Origin: a virus
Reading direction: 5' to 3' (one strand)
IMG/VR virus record: IMGVR_UViG_3300036768_001133
Coordinates: 8,796 to 72,795 of that record
DNA length: 64,000 bases
The notes beneath the pieces were generated by a model, which saw nothing but the letters and a program-made list of their open reading frames with translations, did no database searches and was not told where the DNA came from. A program made the translations under genes and the position numbers. Of the stretch, positions 47,963 to 58,313 are shown piece by piece (the first letter of the stretch is position 1; every line of letters begins with the position of its first letter).

Positions 47963-50410
47963 TTACATTTTTAAGAATGTGCTTCTTGCTACATCTGTAG
48001 CACGTCTAATGCTATCATAAATGTTTTGCCTGAACTGATTGTCCTGGGATATCGTTAAAACATCTGCCTTTTGCAAATTTGCGATAAGCCTATCTAAATA
48101 ACTATTATTGATAACAACATTATTTCCTTTACTTTTCTTACTGCTTTGCTCTTTATCTTGTAAAAGTTTCATCAATTGCATTACCTCTCTATACTCATTG
48201 TCTATATCCATTTTCCCTGAACCCTGATATACTTTATTATTATTATATCCAAATAGGTAAGGATATAGCATTTGCAAATTAGGGTTTGTATTACTATTAG
48301 AAAATATATTGTTATTAGAGGTAGTATTTTGATTAGATATAATAGAAGGTGTTTGTATTCTACTATTTCCTGAAAATAAATTAACCCCTATATTATAGTT
48401 GTCTGTTGCTATGCTATTATACCTTTGTTGATTGTTATTACTATATTGTGTGTTTTGATTATTAGATAATACACTATTATTTGTAGTTGTATTATTTGTA
48501 TTATTTTGTTCATTTATAGTACCACTTTCCAAAGTAAGTGTATTATCATTGCTTTCTTCAATACTATATGGTAAATAACCTTTGTTACGTCTAAATGCTC
48601 CTAAAAATCCTTTACCTCCATAATTCATTACATCATTAACAAGATTAGCATATTCTTTACCTACTCCCGTATCAAAATCTTTTTCCCATTCTGCAAGCAT
48701 CTTTTGTTGCTCTTCTGCACTTGTCTTTACATAATTTCCATTATTATCTTTCTTGTAAAAAAATTCAGGGTGAGAGGCTTTCATTTGCTCTAAATAGTCT
48801 TTCTTTGCTCCACGATAAACCCGCATAGAATCATATACCTGCTTACTATGCAAACGTCTATTCTGTAAATTTTCACTTAATATATTATTTAATTTTTGCA
48901 AATTTTGTTGTTGCATCATAGATGCTTTTAATGCCGCATTTTTCAAATTCTCTTTTGCTTCATCATACATCTCTTTATTTTGTTGTCTTTTATACAATTG
49001 ATTTTGTATATCTATATCCTTTAATTGCTGAAACTCTCTGTTATAGTAATCATTCTTAAACCTATTTTCTTCTTCTGTCATTAACTTTTGCTTTGCTTCT
49101 ACTCCATTACCAATCATATTTTGTGCTGAAGACAATAAACTCTGCAAGTTTCCTGTTGCTCCTTTAACTACTCTTAATCCCTTGTCTATATTTTCATCTA
49201 TCGTTCTCTTTTCATTTTCTAATGTACTTTTCTCTGCTGGTTTTACATTTACTTGCAAAGGGTCATCAGGTCTTCTTAACTTCTGTAATTTTCTAAAAGC
49301 ATCATTGCCTAATAACCTTGCCCTCACTAAATCTACACCACTTAATAACCCTTGCAAAGCATTGTATTGCTTTTGCAATTGATAAGGTGTATAAGGCAAT
49401 TTTTGCTTTGTTAATGTAGGCTCAACAGGTTTTTCTTCAATAGGTGTTTCTACCTTTGTTTCTTTAATAGGCTCTTTAATAGGTTCTTTAATAGGTTCAG
49501 GTTCAGGTTTAGGTTCAGGTTTAGGTTCAGGTTCGGGTTCAGGTTTAACTTCTATTGGTTCAATAGGCTCATACGAGGCAAACTTCATTCTCCTATCATT
49601 CTCACTTAACGCTGTAAGTCTCCCATCTTTACTATGTGTATTTCGCCCACCCATATCTAAAAACTCATACTTATCCTTATTACTATTTATCAAAGCATTA
49701 TATAAATCATACCCTTTTGAATGGTCTCCTTTCCCTAACTTATCAAATAACTTATACCTATCTTCATCATCAAGCATACCTCCTACCGATACCTCTATCA
49801 ATTGATTGTCCATATCAGGAAAGCTACGCTTCATAGCTTTTGCATAAGACATAGCAACAGGATTGTCCTTAAAAACAAAATCATAATCTCCAAAATCAAT
49901 AGATTTACTAAAATCTATTTTTGTTGGGTCTATACCTTTTGCTCTATAATACAATCTATCCGTAGGTTCTTGTATTAAAGGTGTTTCTACTAAATCTCTA
50001 TATTTACTTCTTGTTGTTTCAAACAATGTTTGTGCTTGTGGCTCTTTTAACTTTTTAGATTGTTGTGCCTTGCTTATCTCCGCTAATAAATCCGCATTAG
50101 GTTGCATTTTCTTATCTAAATTCTGATTTAATAAGTTTAATAATCCTCCTGCTCCTTGTGTCAATCCCGTAAGAATTGCATTTGTTGTAGGGTCTTCTAT
50201 CTTATCTACAAAAGGTTTTGCAATACTTCCTAATCCAGATCCAGGGGTTACAGAACCTTGTTGCTGATTGTTACCTAATAAAACCCCTAATAAGTTTGTT
50301 ATACCTGACATATTTCCACCACCCATACTACTTAACAATCCTGTAATAGACCCTCCACTTAAGTACGTAGGTTTTCTTAAATAAGTAGAAAATTTTGATT
50401 TCTTTTTCAT
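47963..50410 (-). CDS. Putative virion cargo protein (815 aa)
   Basis: Gly-rich amphipathic N-terminus, PEPK linker, coiled coil and Asn-rich tail. Confidence 0.65.
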   Translation of the reverse strand: MKKKSKFSTYLRKPTYLSGGSITGLLSSMGGGNMSGITNLLGVLLGNNQQQGSVTPGSGLGSIAKPFVDKIEDPTTNAILTGLTQGAGGLLNLLNQNLDKKMQPNADLLAEISKAQQSKKLKEPQAQTLFETTRSKYRDLVETPLIQEPTDRLYYRAKGIDPTKIDFSKSIDFGDYDFVFKDNPVAMSYAKAMKRSFPDMDNQLIEVSVGGMLDDEDRYKLFDKLGKGDHSKGYDLYNALINSNKDKYEFLDMGGRNTHSKDGRLTALSENDRRMKFASYEPIEPIEVKPEPEPEPKPEPKPEPEPIKEPIKEPIKETKVETPIEEKPVEPTLTKQKLPYTPYQLQKQYNALQGLLSGVDLVRARLLGNDAFRKLQKLRRPDDPLQVNVKPAEKSTLENEKRTIDENIDKGLRVVKGATGNLQSLLSSAQNMIGNGVEAKQKLMTEEENRFKNDYYNREFQQLKDIDIQNQLYKRQQNKEMYDEAKENLKNAALKASMMQQQNLQKLNNILSENLQNRRLHSKQVYDSMRVYRGAKKDYLEQMKASHPEFFYKKDNNGNYVKTSAEEQQKMLAEWEKDFDTGVGKEYANLVNDVMNYGGKGFLGAFRRNKGYLPYSIEESNDNTLTLESGTINEQNNTNNTTTNNSVLSNNQNTQYSNNNQQRYNSIATDNYNIGVNLFSGNSRIQTPSIISNQNTTSNNNIFSNSNTNPNLQMLYPYLFGYNNNKVYQGSGKMDIDNEYREVMQLMKLLQDKEQSSKKSKGNNVVINNSYLDRLIANLQKADVLTISQDNQFRQNIYDSIRRATDVARSTFLKM

Positions 50411-50426
50411 AATATTTCTTGTTTAG

Positions 50427-50500
50427 TTCCCCCAGCAGGACTTGAACCTACAACCTTCTGATTATGAGTCAGATGCTCTAACCAATTGAGCTATGGGGGA
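50427..50500 (-). tRNA. tRNA with CAU anticodon, most likely Ile2 (lysidine-modified); elongator Met not excluded
   Basis: TCCCCCA-TA-GCTCAATTGGTTAGAGC-A-TCTGA-CTCATAA-TCAGA-AGGTT-GTAGG-TTCAAGT-CCTGC-TGGGGGA-A folds as a cloverleaf; C4:G69 and C5:G68 present; no encoded CCA. Confidence 0.93.
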
Positions 50501-50507
50501 TTAGCTT

Positions 50508-51932
50508 TTAATAGCTATTTAATAACTCTAATACTTTATTTGCTTTTAGCTTTCTTCCACCCATAGCCATAGGCATAGCTTCTTCTTTCATAGGCTTTTC
50601 TTCCATATCTTGTCCCATATTCTCTTTGCCCTGTCTTTGCATTTGTTCCATAATCATATCTGCTACCATATATCCTAATTGCATAGCAAGTCGATTGCCT
50701 TCTTGCTCGCTTTTTGCATTTGCTATTTGCATAACCATCTGCTCCATAGCTTGCGTATCCTCTCTACTAAATATTCTTTCCCCTCCTTCTACTTCTGCTA
50801 CTTGTTCTCCTGTATTAGCATCTACCGCAGGTACTCCTCCTTCTTGATGACTTGCTCCATATACTTTCCCACCTTTGGCAAATTGCAATTCTTTACCACT
50901 AAACTTTTGTTTTAACAAATCAGCATTGCCTTCTATAAGTTTTGTTCTTAAAGCTAAATTTTGTTCTGCACTGCCATCTGTTAAACCTTGCTTTTTAGCT
51001 TCTTGCCAAGAACTTTGGGTTAGCATTTCCCATAAGTCTTTTGTAGAAACATTTGCTAAATCTTGCCTTGACTGCTTTTTACTTTGTTTTTTATCCGTTG
51101 TCATTTCAATAGCTCTATCATAAGCTATTTCATTAGATTTAGGATTTTTAGTTTCTCCTTTTACAAAATCATAATTTATTACACGATTAAACATTTCATT
51201 AGGGATAATCTCATCTATATCATCTCCTATTCTATCTTTAATAAAATTATACTCACTTAAAATCTCATTTCTCCTTTTTTTCAAAGCAGATATAGTGTTT
51301 TCAACTTCATAATTCTTATTTTTTTGCAAGTAATAAGCACTTTCTTTCATATCTTCTTCTAACTTAGCTAAATCGTATACTAGCTTGTCTGCTCTTAAAT
51401 ATAACTCTCTATTAGAATTATATTCAGCATCACTAACACCTTTGTTTGATGTAGGTGTAGCAATAGGGAATGAAGGGAACATTTGCCCTTTTTGCATTTT
51501 CTTTTTCATATTTGACAAATCTTTTAAGTTAGTGTTATACATATCTTCTGAAATATACTCAAAATCTTTTTTCATAGTTTCATTTCCTTGTTGATACTTA
51601 TCTCCTTTTTGCTTTTCATAAACTTCCTCGTTTTGATTGATAAGCTCATTGTACAAAGAATATCCCTTAAAATAATCTCCACCTCCTAATTTAGTCAAAA
51701 ATTGCTTTCTAATAGCGGGATTATTTGTTTTCTTACTATAAGCTATTATTGCTACACTATTTGCAACATCTTCGTCTGCATCAGGATACTCGCTTAAAAA
51801 AGCATTTTTGTAATTTAACAAATCAGGATTTTGACTTGCAATGCTTTGAAACACTTGTCCTGTTTCACCTCCACTTGGCTTTACATTTGTATATTTGCCA
51901 GCTTTTTGATAGTATTTTAGTTTCTTTTTCAT
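50508..51932 (-). CDS. Putative virion cargo protein (474 aa)
   Basis: GASHQEGGV...AEVEGGE motif that I recognise from crAss-like structural proteins; several K-aromatic-x-x-G(G) motifs. Confidence 0.65.
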   Translation of the reverse strand: MKKKLKYYQKAGKYTNVKPSGGETGQVFQSIASQNPDLLNYKNAFLSEYPDADEDVANSVAIIAYSKKTNNPAIRKQFLTKLGGGDYFKGYSLYNELINQNEEVYEKQKGDKYQQGNETMKKDFEYISEDMYNTNLKDLSNMKKKMQKGQMFPSFPIATPTSNKGVSDAEYNSNRELYLRADKLVYDLAKLEEDMKESAYYLQKNKNYEVENTISALKKRRNEILSEYNFIKDRIGDDIDEIIPNEMFNRVINYDFVKGETKNPKSNEIAYDRAIEMTTDKKQSKKQSRQDLANVSTKDLWEMLTQSSWQEAKKQGLTDGSAEQNLALRTKLIEGNADLLKQKFSGKELQFAKGGKVYGASHQEGGVPAVDANTGEQVAEVEGGERIFSREDTQAMEQMVMQIANAKSEQEGNRLAMQLGYMVADMIMEQMQRQGKENMGQDMEEKPMKEEAMPMAMGGRKLKANKVLELLNSY

Positions 51933-51966
51933 ATATGTGAATAATTAAGTTTGTAATAAAAACAAC

Positions 51967-51996
51967 CAAATATAAAAAACATTTTTGATAAATAAA
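51967..51996 (-). promoter_or_regulatory. Probable Bacteroidota-type promoter for the cargo genes
   Basis: TATATTTG -7 box on the minus strand (51967-51974) with a TTTA variant at the -33 position. Confidence 0.55.
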
Positions 51997-51998
51997 AA

Positions 51999-52658
51999 TT
52001 AAATGTACCCCAAAGCATTTTTCATATCTATTTCTTGTTTTCTCATCTTATTTGCATAAATACCATAGGCTTTCAAATCTTGAGCTCTCTTTACTTTATC
52101 ACCATACAATAACTTTGTTCCCAAAGTTCCTATCCCTTCTACTAAACCACCTACTACATTTCCTATTAAACCTGCACCAGGAATAAAAGTGTCTAATACA
52201 CTACCTACACTTTTTATACCTGCTCCTACTGTTCCTATTGTTCCCTGCATTTTATTATAGCCATCTAATACACTATCCGCATTGTCTTCCGTTATACTGC
52301 CTGCACTCGTCTTTAAAGGTTTAGGTGCTAATGGATTGCTATTGGCTAAATTAGTAAATAGACCACCACTACTAAATTTTGTTTTTCTCTTTAACTTGTG
52401 CAAAGGTATTTCTAATACTTTCTTACTACTAAACTGATATTCTTTCTCTGGCTCCATTATTATACTTTCTCCATTCTCTCCTATTCCTAATATAGGAAAA
52501 TCTACCTCTTTCATTGTTATCTTGCCACGAGGACTATCTATTACCAAATATTCTTCATCTACAAAAGGACTATGTCTTTTATAGCCTAATATACTTTTTT
52601 GCTCTATTATATTGCCATTTTGTAAATACCTTTTATTAAACTTGCTTTTGCACTTCAT
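51999..52658 (-). CDS. Putative virion cargo protein with a C-terminal Gly-rich membrane-like hairpin
   Basis: GYK..SP...ITMK.V.FPI.G...G....M.P..EYQF domain followed by IPGAGLIGNVVGGLVEGIG. Confidence 0.6.
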   Translation of the reverse strand: MKCKSKFNKRYLQNGNIIEQKSILGYKRHSPFVDEEYLVIDSPRGKITMKEVDFPILGIGENGESIIMEPEKEYQFSSKKVLEIPLHKLKRKTKFSSGGLFTNLANSNPLAPKPLKTSAGSITEDNADSVLDGYNKMQGTIGTVGAGIKSVGSVLDTFIPGAGLIGNVVGGLVEGIGTLGTKLLYGDKVKRAQDLKAYGIYANKMRKQEIDMKNALGYI

Positions 52659-52676
52659 ATATGTAATGTTTTTTTA

Positions 52677-55600
52677 CTAACTAAAACTATATCTGAAATA
52701 CGTAATAATACGTTGTATCTCTACATAGTCATTGGTATCATAATATATACCTATCTCTATTGCCTTATCCCTATACCTCCTACCTACTATATTAGAACTT
52801 TTATCTGTATATGGTATAGCAAATCTTGCAGTATGTTCCCTATAACTAATTCTATTTACTATATTATTTATCACTCCCAAAGGTATTCCATTAGCATAGT
52901 AAATAGTATCTTGTAATACAATACCATTTTCATTAGTAATCCTATAAAACAACCTTGTAGGTAGTATATGATTAGATAAAATAGTTATATTATCAAATAT
53001 CTTTTGCATTTGATAATCTGTATTTACTATGTAATGAAAATACATAGGATAATCCGTTCCGTAAAACCTATTCCTTATATTGCTTACATCATTCTGATAT
53101 ATATTATATAGACCATTCTGATATACAGGACTATCATTAGGAAATGTAATAATAGGCTCATTGTCAAATAAAGTATAATAATCATCAAAAATACTAAACC
53201 CTATTGCAGGTAAATAACTATGTACTATAAACACATTTAGCTTCTCACTAAATACTATATTGTATGCTACCGCAGGATTTCTCCTCTTATATATCACAAA
53301 ATTTATCTCATCATATCTCCTATTGTAAAAACTCCTTACATATATCGCCCCTGATAATTCCCTCGTATCTTCTCCATATACATCAAATATCTCATTTAAA
53401 AAACTACTTATCCTACCTTCACTTAAATCCCTAACTCCTCCCTCTTCTATCCTACATATAGACCTGCGTTTAGCATCTATAAAATATATGCTATTGTCTG
53501 TAGCTATTACACTATCCCTATGAATACTACCATATTTTCTTGACAAAGTCGCTTGATAGGGACTTAATACTGATGTAGTATCTATATATACACTACCTTC
53601 CTCACTAATAGCTTGCCTTTCATTAAAACTTACTAAACTTACTCCATCTTCCTGAATAATATACAACCTATTATTTAATACTCTTACTGCTGTACCTTTC
53701 CCCAAACTTAAATCGTAATCCTGAAAACTAAATGGATATACTACTCTATAATTGTCTATAAAACTATTGTTAATATGCTTTTCTGAATAGTATAATCTTG
53801 TAGGAAAATAATTCTGTATTTCTAATATTTCTTTTACGTTTAACAAATTTACAATATATCCGCCCCATTGTGAATTACCCCCTAACTCATAAAACAAACT
53901 CTCAAAAGTATGATAGTTTTTAGCATAGAAAAATACATTTAGTTTTGTAGCAGAAAAATATACTCCATCACTTGGTTTTATTCTTGGCGGTGATGCTTGG
54001 TTATACATAAGTGAATTAGCATATACAGGAAAAAATGCTCTCCTATTACCTTGTGTCCCCTCACTCATTGGCTCTCTTTCTGTTACACTCCATAATTCCC
54101 TTACCCTACTATATGGATTGTAATTGTTGTCGCATTTAGCCATTGTTATTACTCCACCATATACATATCTATCTCCATTACTACCACCAAAACTATGTCT
54201 GTAATTGCTAAACCAAAACTTCCTATACCATACCCCCTGATAATTATCTCCATTATACCCCCTGATAAAATAGCTATTACTTGCTACTTCTTGTTTAGAT
54301 AAGTTTAAAGTGATAGGAATGAAAAACTTTACTTGCGTAAGTCCATCATACCAATTGTATATATTAGTTGTCCTACCTGTACTGCTGGTAAATAAATCTA
54401 CTATCCAAGCTCTGTCGTGTATAAGAACATCAAGATAATTTATATCATAATTCATATATTGTTTCCCTGGGTCATAATAATAACCCCCTGATGTTCCTAT
54501 ACTCAAATAATAACAATCCATAGGATTAGAGGTATCCCCTGGTTGAGGACTTATCATATTAAGGCTTGGTGGTGTGTATAGCTCTTCTAATGCTGTATCC
54601 CTAAAATATAAATTTGTAGGTACTCCATTTACTTCTAATGCTCCTGTCCTACTTAATGGTGCAGTATGCGTTTCCCAACCATATCCCAAAGTTATTCCTA
54701 CATAAGCATTCCAATTTGTCTGCATAGGTACTACCCAACCATTTTCACCTCCACTATGATTAGGGTGAAAAATCTTAAATCCTCCTTCGTCGTGTGTATT
54801 TATTTGAGAAGTAAATTTTTCATTGCTTGCTGGTCTGCCTGCATAAACAAAATAACTTTTCCCCTTAAAAAGATAATTATTTATCCTTGCATAACTATCG
54901 TTTTCATTGCCCGCTAAATGCGGAAATATAGGAGGATAGGCTTCATTAAAAAAAGCCATCTGCATACAATAACTTACACCAGCACTGTTTCCTGTATTAT
55001 AAAAATCGGTTAAAGTAACAAACTGATAAGTAGGCTTTAATAAATAACTACCTGTTACTTCAAAGCTAATGTCATTATTGTTTAAAACACTTCCATATAA
55101 ACGCTCATCTGCTATTATATCCATACTTACATAAGCAACTCTAAAAGGGTCTCGGTAGGCTTGTGATATAATAATACTTTGAAAATTATTGAATTCTATA
55201 GTTCCCTCTAATCTATCTGCTCCATCTAACAAGCCCGAAGGTAAAGGTATTACTTTCCTTACGTTCTTGCTATCCCTTAAAAAATCGCTTAACCTTTGTC
55301 TATATGTAGGATTGCTCACAAAATAATACAAATTCGAAGCGGGGTATCTTGTGCTATATCCATAATGATAATTGTAAAAAGCTGTAAGTTCTCTTAATGG
55401 CTGACTATTAAAGCCCCACTTAAAAGGTGGTACAGAGTAGCAAGGGACAACAATGCCTTGACCAAAGCAATCTTTCTTTCTTTCTAACCTTACTAAACGA
55501 AATCCTATTACATTATCCCTGACAAACTCGTTTGCTTCATTTTCATCAGGATTTGGCAATGTTAAGTTCCAATCAGGGAAACTGAAAGTAGGAAACATTG

Positions 55601-57173
55601 CTACCAAATGGTCTGTATGCAAATTGCTTGTAAAACTACTGCCATCAAATCCATTTACTCCCCTCTTAGGAAAACGATATATCCCTTTATCATTTGTTAA
55701 ACTGCTAAATGATGTAATACAATTTAAATCATCTGCTCCACTTAATAAAAAGACATTGCTAAATACATTACCTTTTAGTATGTATTGGATACCAAATTGA
55801 TATATTTCTCCATAATGATAACCTAAATTGTAATAGATATGATAAGGATTTTGATACCCAGAATTAGATAAGTTTAGTTGCGGTAAAGTCTGCTCTATAT
55901 AAGCGTCTTGCCAACTATATTCAAAATCTGATAGCTTCCCTAAATCTACCTTTATATGCCTTACTTGTATTCTTTGAGCATAGTTTTCTAATGCCTTAAA
56001 CTGCTTTTCTGCATCATCAGTCTTTGTATGAAAAAGCAATAACCTGCTATCTAATTGTGCTACACTTTTGGCTGTTGCTATTTGTGCATAAAATATATTT
56101 ATAGCTTTATCCGATAAGCTATTTAGCGGTTCTAATCCTGTATGCTTAAAACTGATAGTATTTCCTGTAATATCAATAGGTTCTTGAAACTCATATACTC
56201 CATACTCTTTATTGCCTATACCATAGATAATTTCAAAAAAAACGTGCATATACCTAAATTGTGTATCTACACCACTTACTTGCATTACATTAGTTATCTG
56301 TGCAAAGGTTTCTTCATAATTATCTGATGTACTAAAAGCTATTTCTGTATTACCATATCTACTATCCTCACTACCCATATCTATACTATTATTTCGCCTC
56401 TCATATACCACTACTGGCATACTACTTGATATAATAGCCGTCTTATTTATCTTATCATTACTATATGCAATATGATAGATATATGTAGCACATCTTAACC
56501 TGCCTATATCTTCTTGATACAAATAATCTATTTTAGCTACCTCGTCTGATGTTAGTATAAGTAGCATTGTATCGAAAAAATTATTAGGTTCATACATTCG
56601 TTCTGTTAGCTTGTATAAACCATTTTCTTGTCTTGCTATTCCTGTATTTATTACTCTTATTTTATTGTTAAAATCTACAAAATATAAATTATAGCTTCCA
56701 TCATAATCTAATCTTGCTTCTGCTTCTACAGGGTACTCTAAACTAAAATTAAAGTTTGTATGTCTTAATGCTGTTCTATTTGTGGAAGGTGGATAGTAAA
56801 AATTGTACAAAGGCTTATATGTATAGCTAATAGGTAAATTGTTTATTTCTACTCCTGCTGTACCTATTAAAGCAACATTAGATATGTCTAAACTTGGAAA
56901 CATTCCTATTTCGCCTTCACCTGTCAAAGGATTGTGCGAAAAGATATAACAAAATTCTCTTGCTACTACATATCCTATTGGTACAAAATCAGCAGTAAGC
57001 GAGCTAATAAGTTCTGTACCTTTTAGATTAGCAGTAATAAAAGCATTACCATCCTCAGTGTATAACCTAAAATTGTAAGCCTCTCGTAAAAATTCAGGTT
57101 CTAACAAAGAAATATGTACATCTTTATTTAACCCTTTACTAAAACCAATTATTTGATGTGGTCTTTCACTCAT
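52677..57173 (-). CDS. Tail stabilisation / muzzle protein (P22 gp10-like, crAss Tstab)
   Basis: 1498 aa; N-terminal FSKGLNKD...A.NFR, C-terminal YGSIH..SV......YFID and KIFDN...RDK motifs; gene order. Confidence 0.8.
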   Translation of the reverse strand: MSERPHQIIGFSKGLNKDVHISLLEPEFLREAYNFRLYTEDGNAFITANLKGTELISSLTADFVPIGYVVAREFCYIFSHNPLTGEGEIGMFPSLDISNVALIGTAGVEINNLPISYTYKPLYNFYYPPSTNRTALRHTNFNFSLEYPVEAEARLDYDGSYNLYFVDFNNKIRVINTGIARQENGLYKLTERMYEPNNFFDTMLLILTSDEVAKIDYLYQEDIGRLRCATYIYHIAYSNDKINKTAIISSSMPVVVYERRNNSIDMGSEDSRYGNTEIAFSTSDNYEETFAQITNVMQVSGVDTQFRYMHVFFEIIYGIGNKEYGVYEFQEPIDITGNTISFKHTGLEPLNSLSDKAINIFYAQIATAKSVAQLDSRLLLFHTKTDDAEKQFKALENYAQRIQVRHIKVDLGKLSDFEYSWQDAYIEQTLPQLNLSNSGYQNPYHIYYNLGYHYGEIYQFGIQYILKGNVFSNVFLLSGADDLNCITSFSSLTNDKGIYRFPKRGVNGFDGSSFTSNLHTDHLVAMFPTFSFPDWNLTLPNPDENEANEFVRDNVIGFRLVRLERKKDCFGQGIVVPCYSVPPFKWGFNSQPLRELTAFYNYHYGYSTRYPASNLYYFVSNPTYRQRLSDFLRDSKNVRKVIPLPSGLLDGADRLEGTIEFNNFQSIIISQAYRDPFRVAYVSMDIIADERLYGSVLNNNDISFEVTGSYLLKPTYQFVTLTDFYNTGNSAGVSYCMQMAFFNEAYPPIFPHLAGNENDSYARINNYLFKGKSYFVYAGRPASNEKFTSQINTHDEGGFKIFHPNHSGGENGWVVPMQTNWNAYVGITLGYGWETHTAPLSRTGALEVNGVPTNLYFRDTALEELYTPPSLNMISPQPGDTSNPMDCYYLSIGTSGGYYYDPGKQYMNYDINYLDVLIHDRAWIVDLFTSSTGRTTNIYNWYDGLTQVKFFIPITLNLSKQEVASNSYFIRGYNGDNYQGVWYRKFWFSNYRHSFGGSNGDRYVYGGVITMAKCDNNYNPYSRVRELWSVTEREPMSEGTQGNRRAFFPVYANSLMYNQASPPRIKPSDGVYFSATKLNVFFYAKNYHTFESLFYELGGNSQWGGYIVNLLNVKEILEIQNYFPTRLYYSEKHINNSFIDNYRVVYPFSFQDYDLSLGKGTAVRVLNNRLYIIQEDGVSLVSFNERQAISEEGSVYIDTTSVLSPYQATLSRKYGSIHRDSVIATDNSIYFIDAKRRSICRIEEGGVRDLSEGRISSFLNEIFDVYGEDTRELSGAIYVRSFYNRRYDEINFVIYKRRNPAVAYNIVFSEKLNVFIVHSYLPAIGFSIFDDYYTLFDNEPIITFPNDSPVYQNGLYNIYQNDVSNIRNRFYGTDYPMYFHYIVNTDYQMQKIFDNITILSNHILPTRLFYRITNENGIVLQDTIYYANGIPLGVINNIVNRISYREHTARFAIPYTDKSSNIVGRRYRDKAIEIGIYYDTNDYVEIQRIITYFRYSFS

Positions 57174-57175
57174 AA

Positions 57176-57814
57176 CTAATAAAAATATCTGTTAGCATTC
57201 CAAGATAATAACGTCTTTACTGCTTTGTCTAAATAGTTTCTATTAAATCTTGTACGTCTTGCTTTTTGAAATTCCTCCTGATATATCCTGTAACTTTCTT
57301 GATATACCGCAGGGTCTATCTGTCTTGACCTAAACTTAGCATAATCACTCTTATACACACAATAAGCAACACATACATTTAATAAATCCTCCTCAAACAA
57401 TATGTTATTATCCTTATCAATTTTTATACCTTCCCATTCTATACAAACTTTTTCATTTGTGGTATTAAACTTTATTCCCTCATTATCCCATATGTAATCA
57501 ACATATATACCATATACCTGCCCTACATAGTTCTCATTACCAATAGGTAATTTATCATACAATATATTACTATGTTTTGTGATAGACTTAATATAGTATA
57601 AATTACAAGGCAATCTATCATTATCAATTTTATAGTCTATTATATCTAAACAAGTCATATCCCTAATAGGTGTAATCCTGCCTAAATCTAATAGACAATC
57701 ATAAACCATTTCTTGAACAATATGCTCTTGCAAGTATATACCATAAAAGTCTTGCAACTTTTCCATTACTTGCAAATGCGTAATATATCTATGAGTGTTT
57801 TGTTGCGTTTCCAT
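57176..57814 (-). CDS. Tail tubular/ring protein
   Basis: LPCNLYYI and IKFN....KV.I...GI.ID motifs; directly upstream of Tstab. Confidence 0.7.
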   Translation of the reverse strand: METQQNTHRYITHLQVMEKLQDFYGIYLQEHIVQEMVYDCLLDLGRITPIRDMTCLDIIDYKIDNDRLPCNLYYIKSITKHSNILYDKLPIGNENYVGQVYGIYVDYIWDNEGIKFNTTNEKVCIEWEGIKIDKDNNILFEEDLLNVCVAYCVYKSDYAKFRSRQIDPAVYQESYRIYQEEFQKARRTRFNRNYLDKAVKTLLSWNANRYFY

Positions 57815-58304
57815 TTCTCTTTTTTCTTACTATCATTGAAAATAAATACTTATTGCGTTTATCGCAAAATACATCTACAACATAAAACTCCTCTTTCTTT
57901 AACATAAAATCTGCTCTGTATTGTCTTAATACCTGTTTCTTTCTATTTAATATCTTGTCTTTATTGTGTATTTCCCTTCTTCTAAAACTAAAATTTCTAT
58001 AGGTAGCTATATGCCCTTTTTCTATTACATTCAGCAAAGGTTCTCGTATCATTAAAACCCCTAAATCTACAATATGCTCTATTACACGTTTCTCATTCTT
58101 TACACCATTTTCAGGTTTATTATTAAACAACTTTCTTAAATACTTAAATCCTATTACAATATACAACAAATAAGCAATAACCATCAGAAAAAAAGAATGT
58201 GTACCATTAAACCTTACATAGCAAGTTCTTTTTATCATATTGTATATTATAATCGCTAAATGGTTATACACTAACCTTCTTTCACCATCTCTATATACCC
58301 TCAT
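57789..58304 (-). CDS. Basic hypothetical protein (position of the IHF-like gene in crAss-like phages)
   Basis: 171-aa ORF; function inferred from gene order only. Confidence 0.5.
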   Translation of the reverse strand: MRVYRDGERRLVYNHLAIIIYNMIKRTCYVRFNGTHSFFLMVIAYLLYIVIGFKYLRKLFNNKPENGVKNEKRVIEHIVDLGVLMIREPLLNVIEKGHIATYRNFSFRRREIHNKDKILNRKKQVLRQYRADFMLKKEEFYVVDVFCDKRNKYLFSMIVRKKRNGNATKHS

Positions 58305-58313
58305 AAACTTTTA

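Noticed and set aside
50427-50500. tRNA as a prophage attachment site
   Set aside because: Phage structural genes flank it on both sides, with no duplicated 3' fragment and no integrase in the window.
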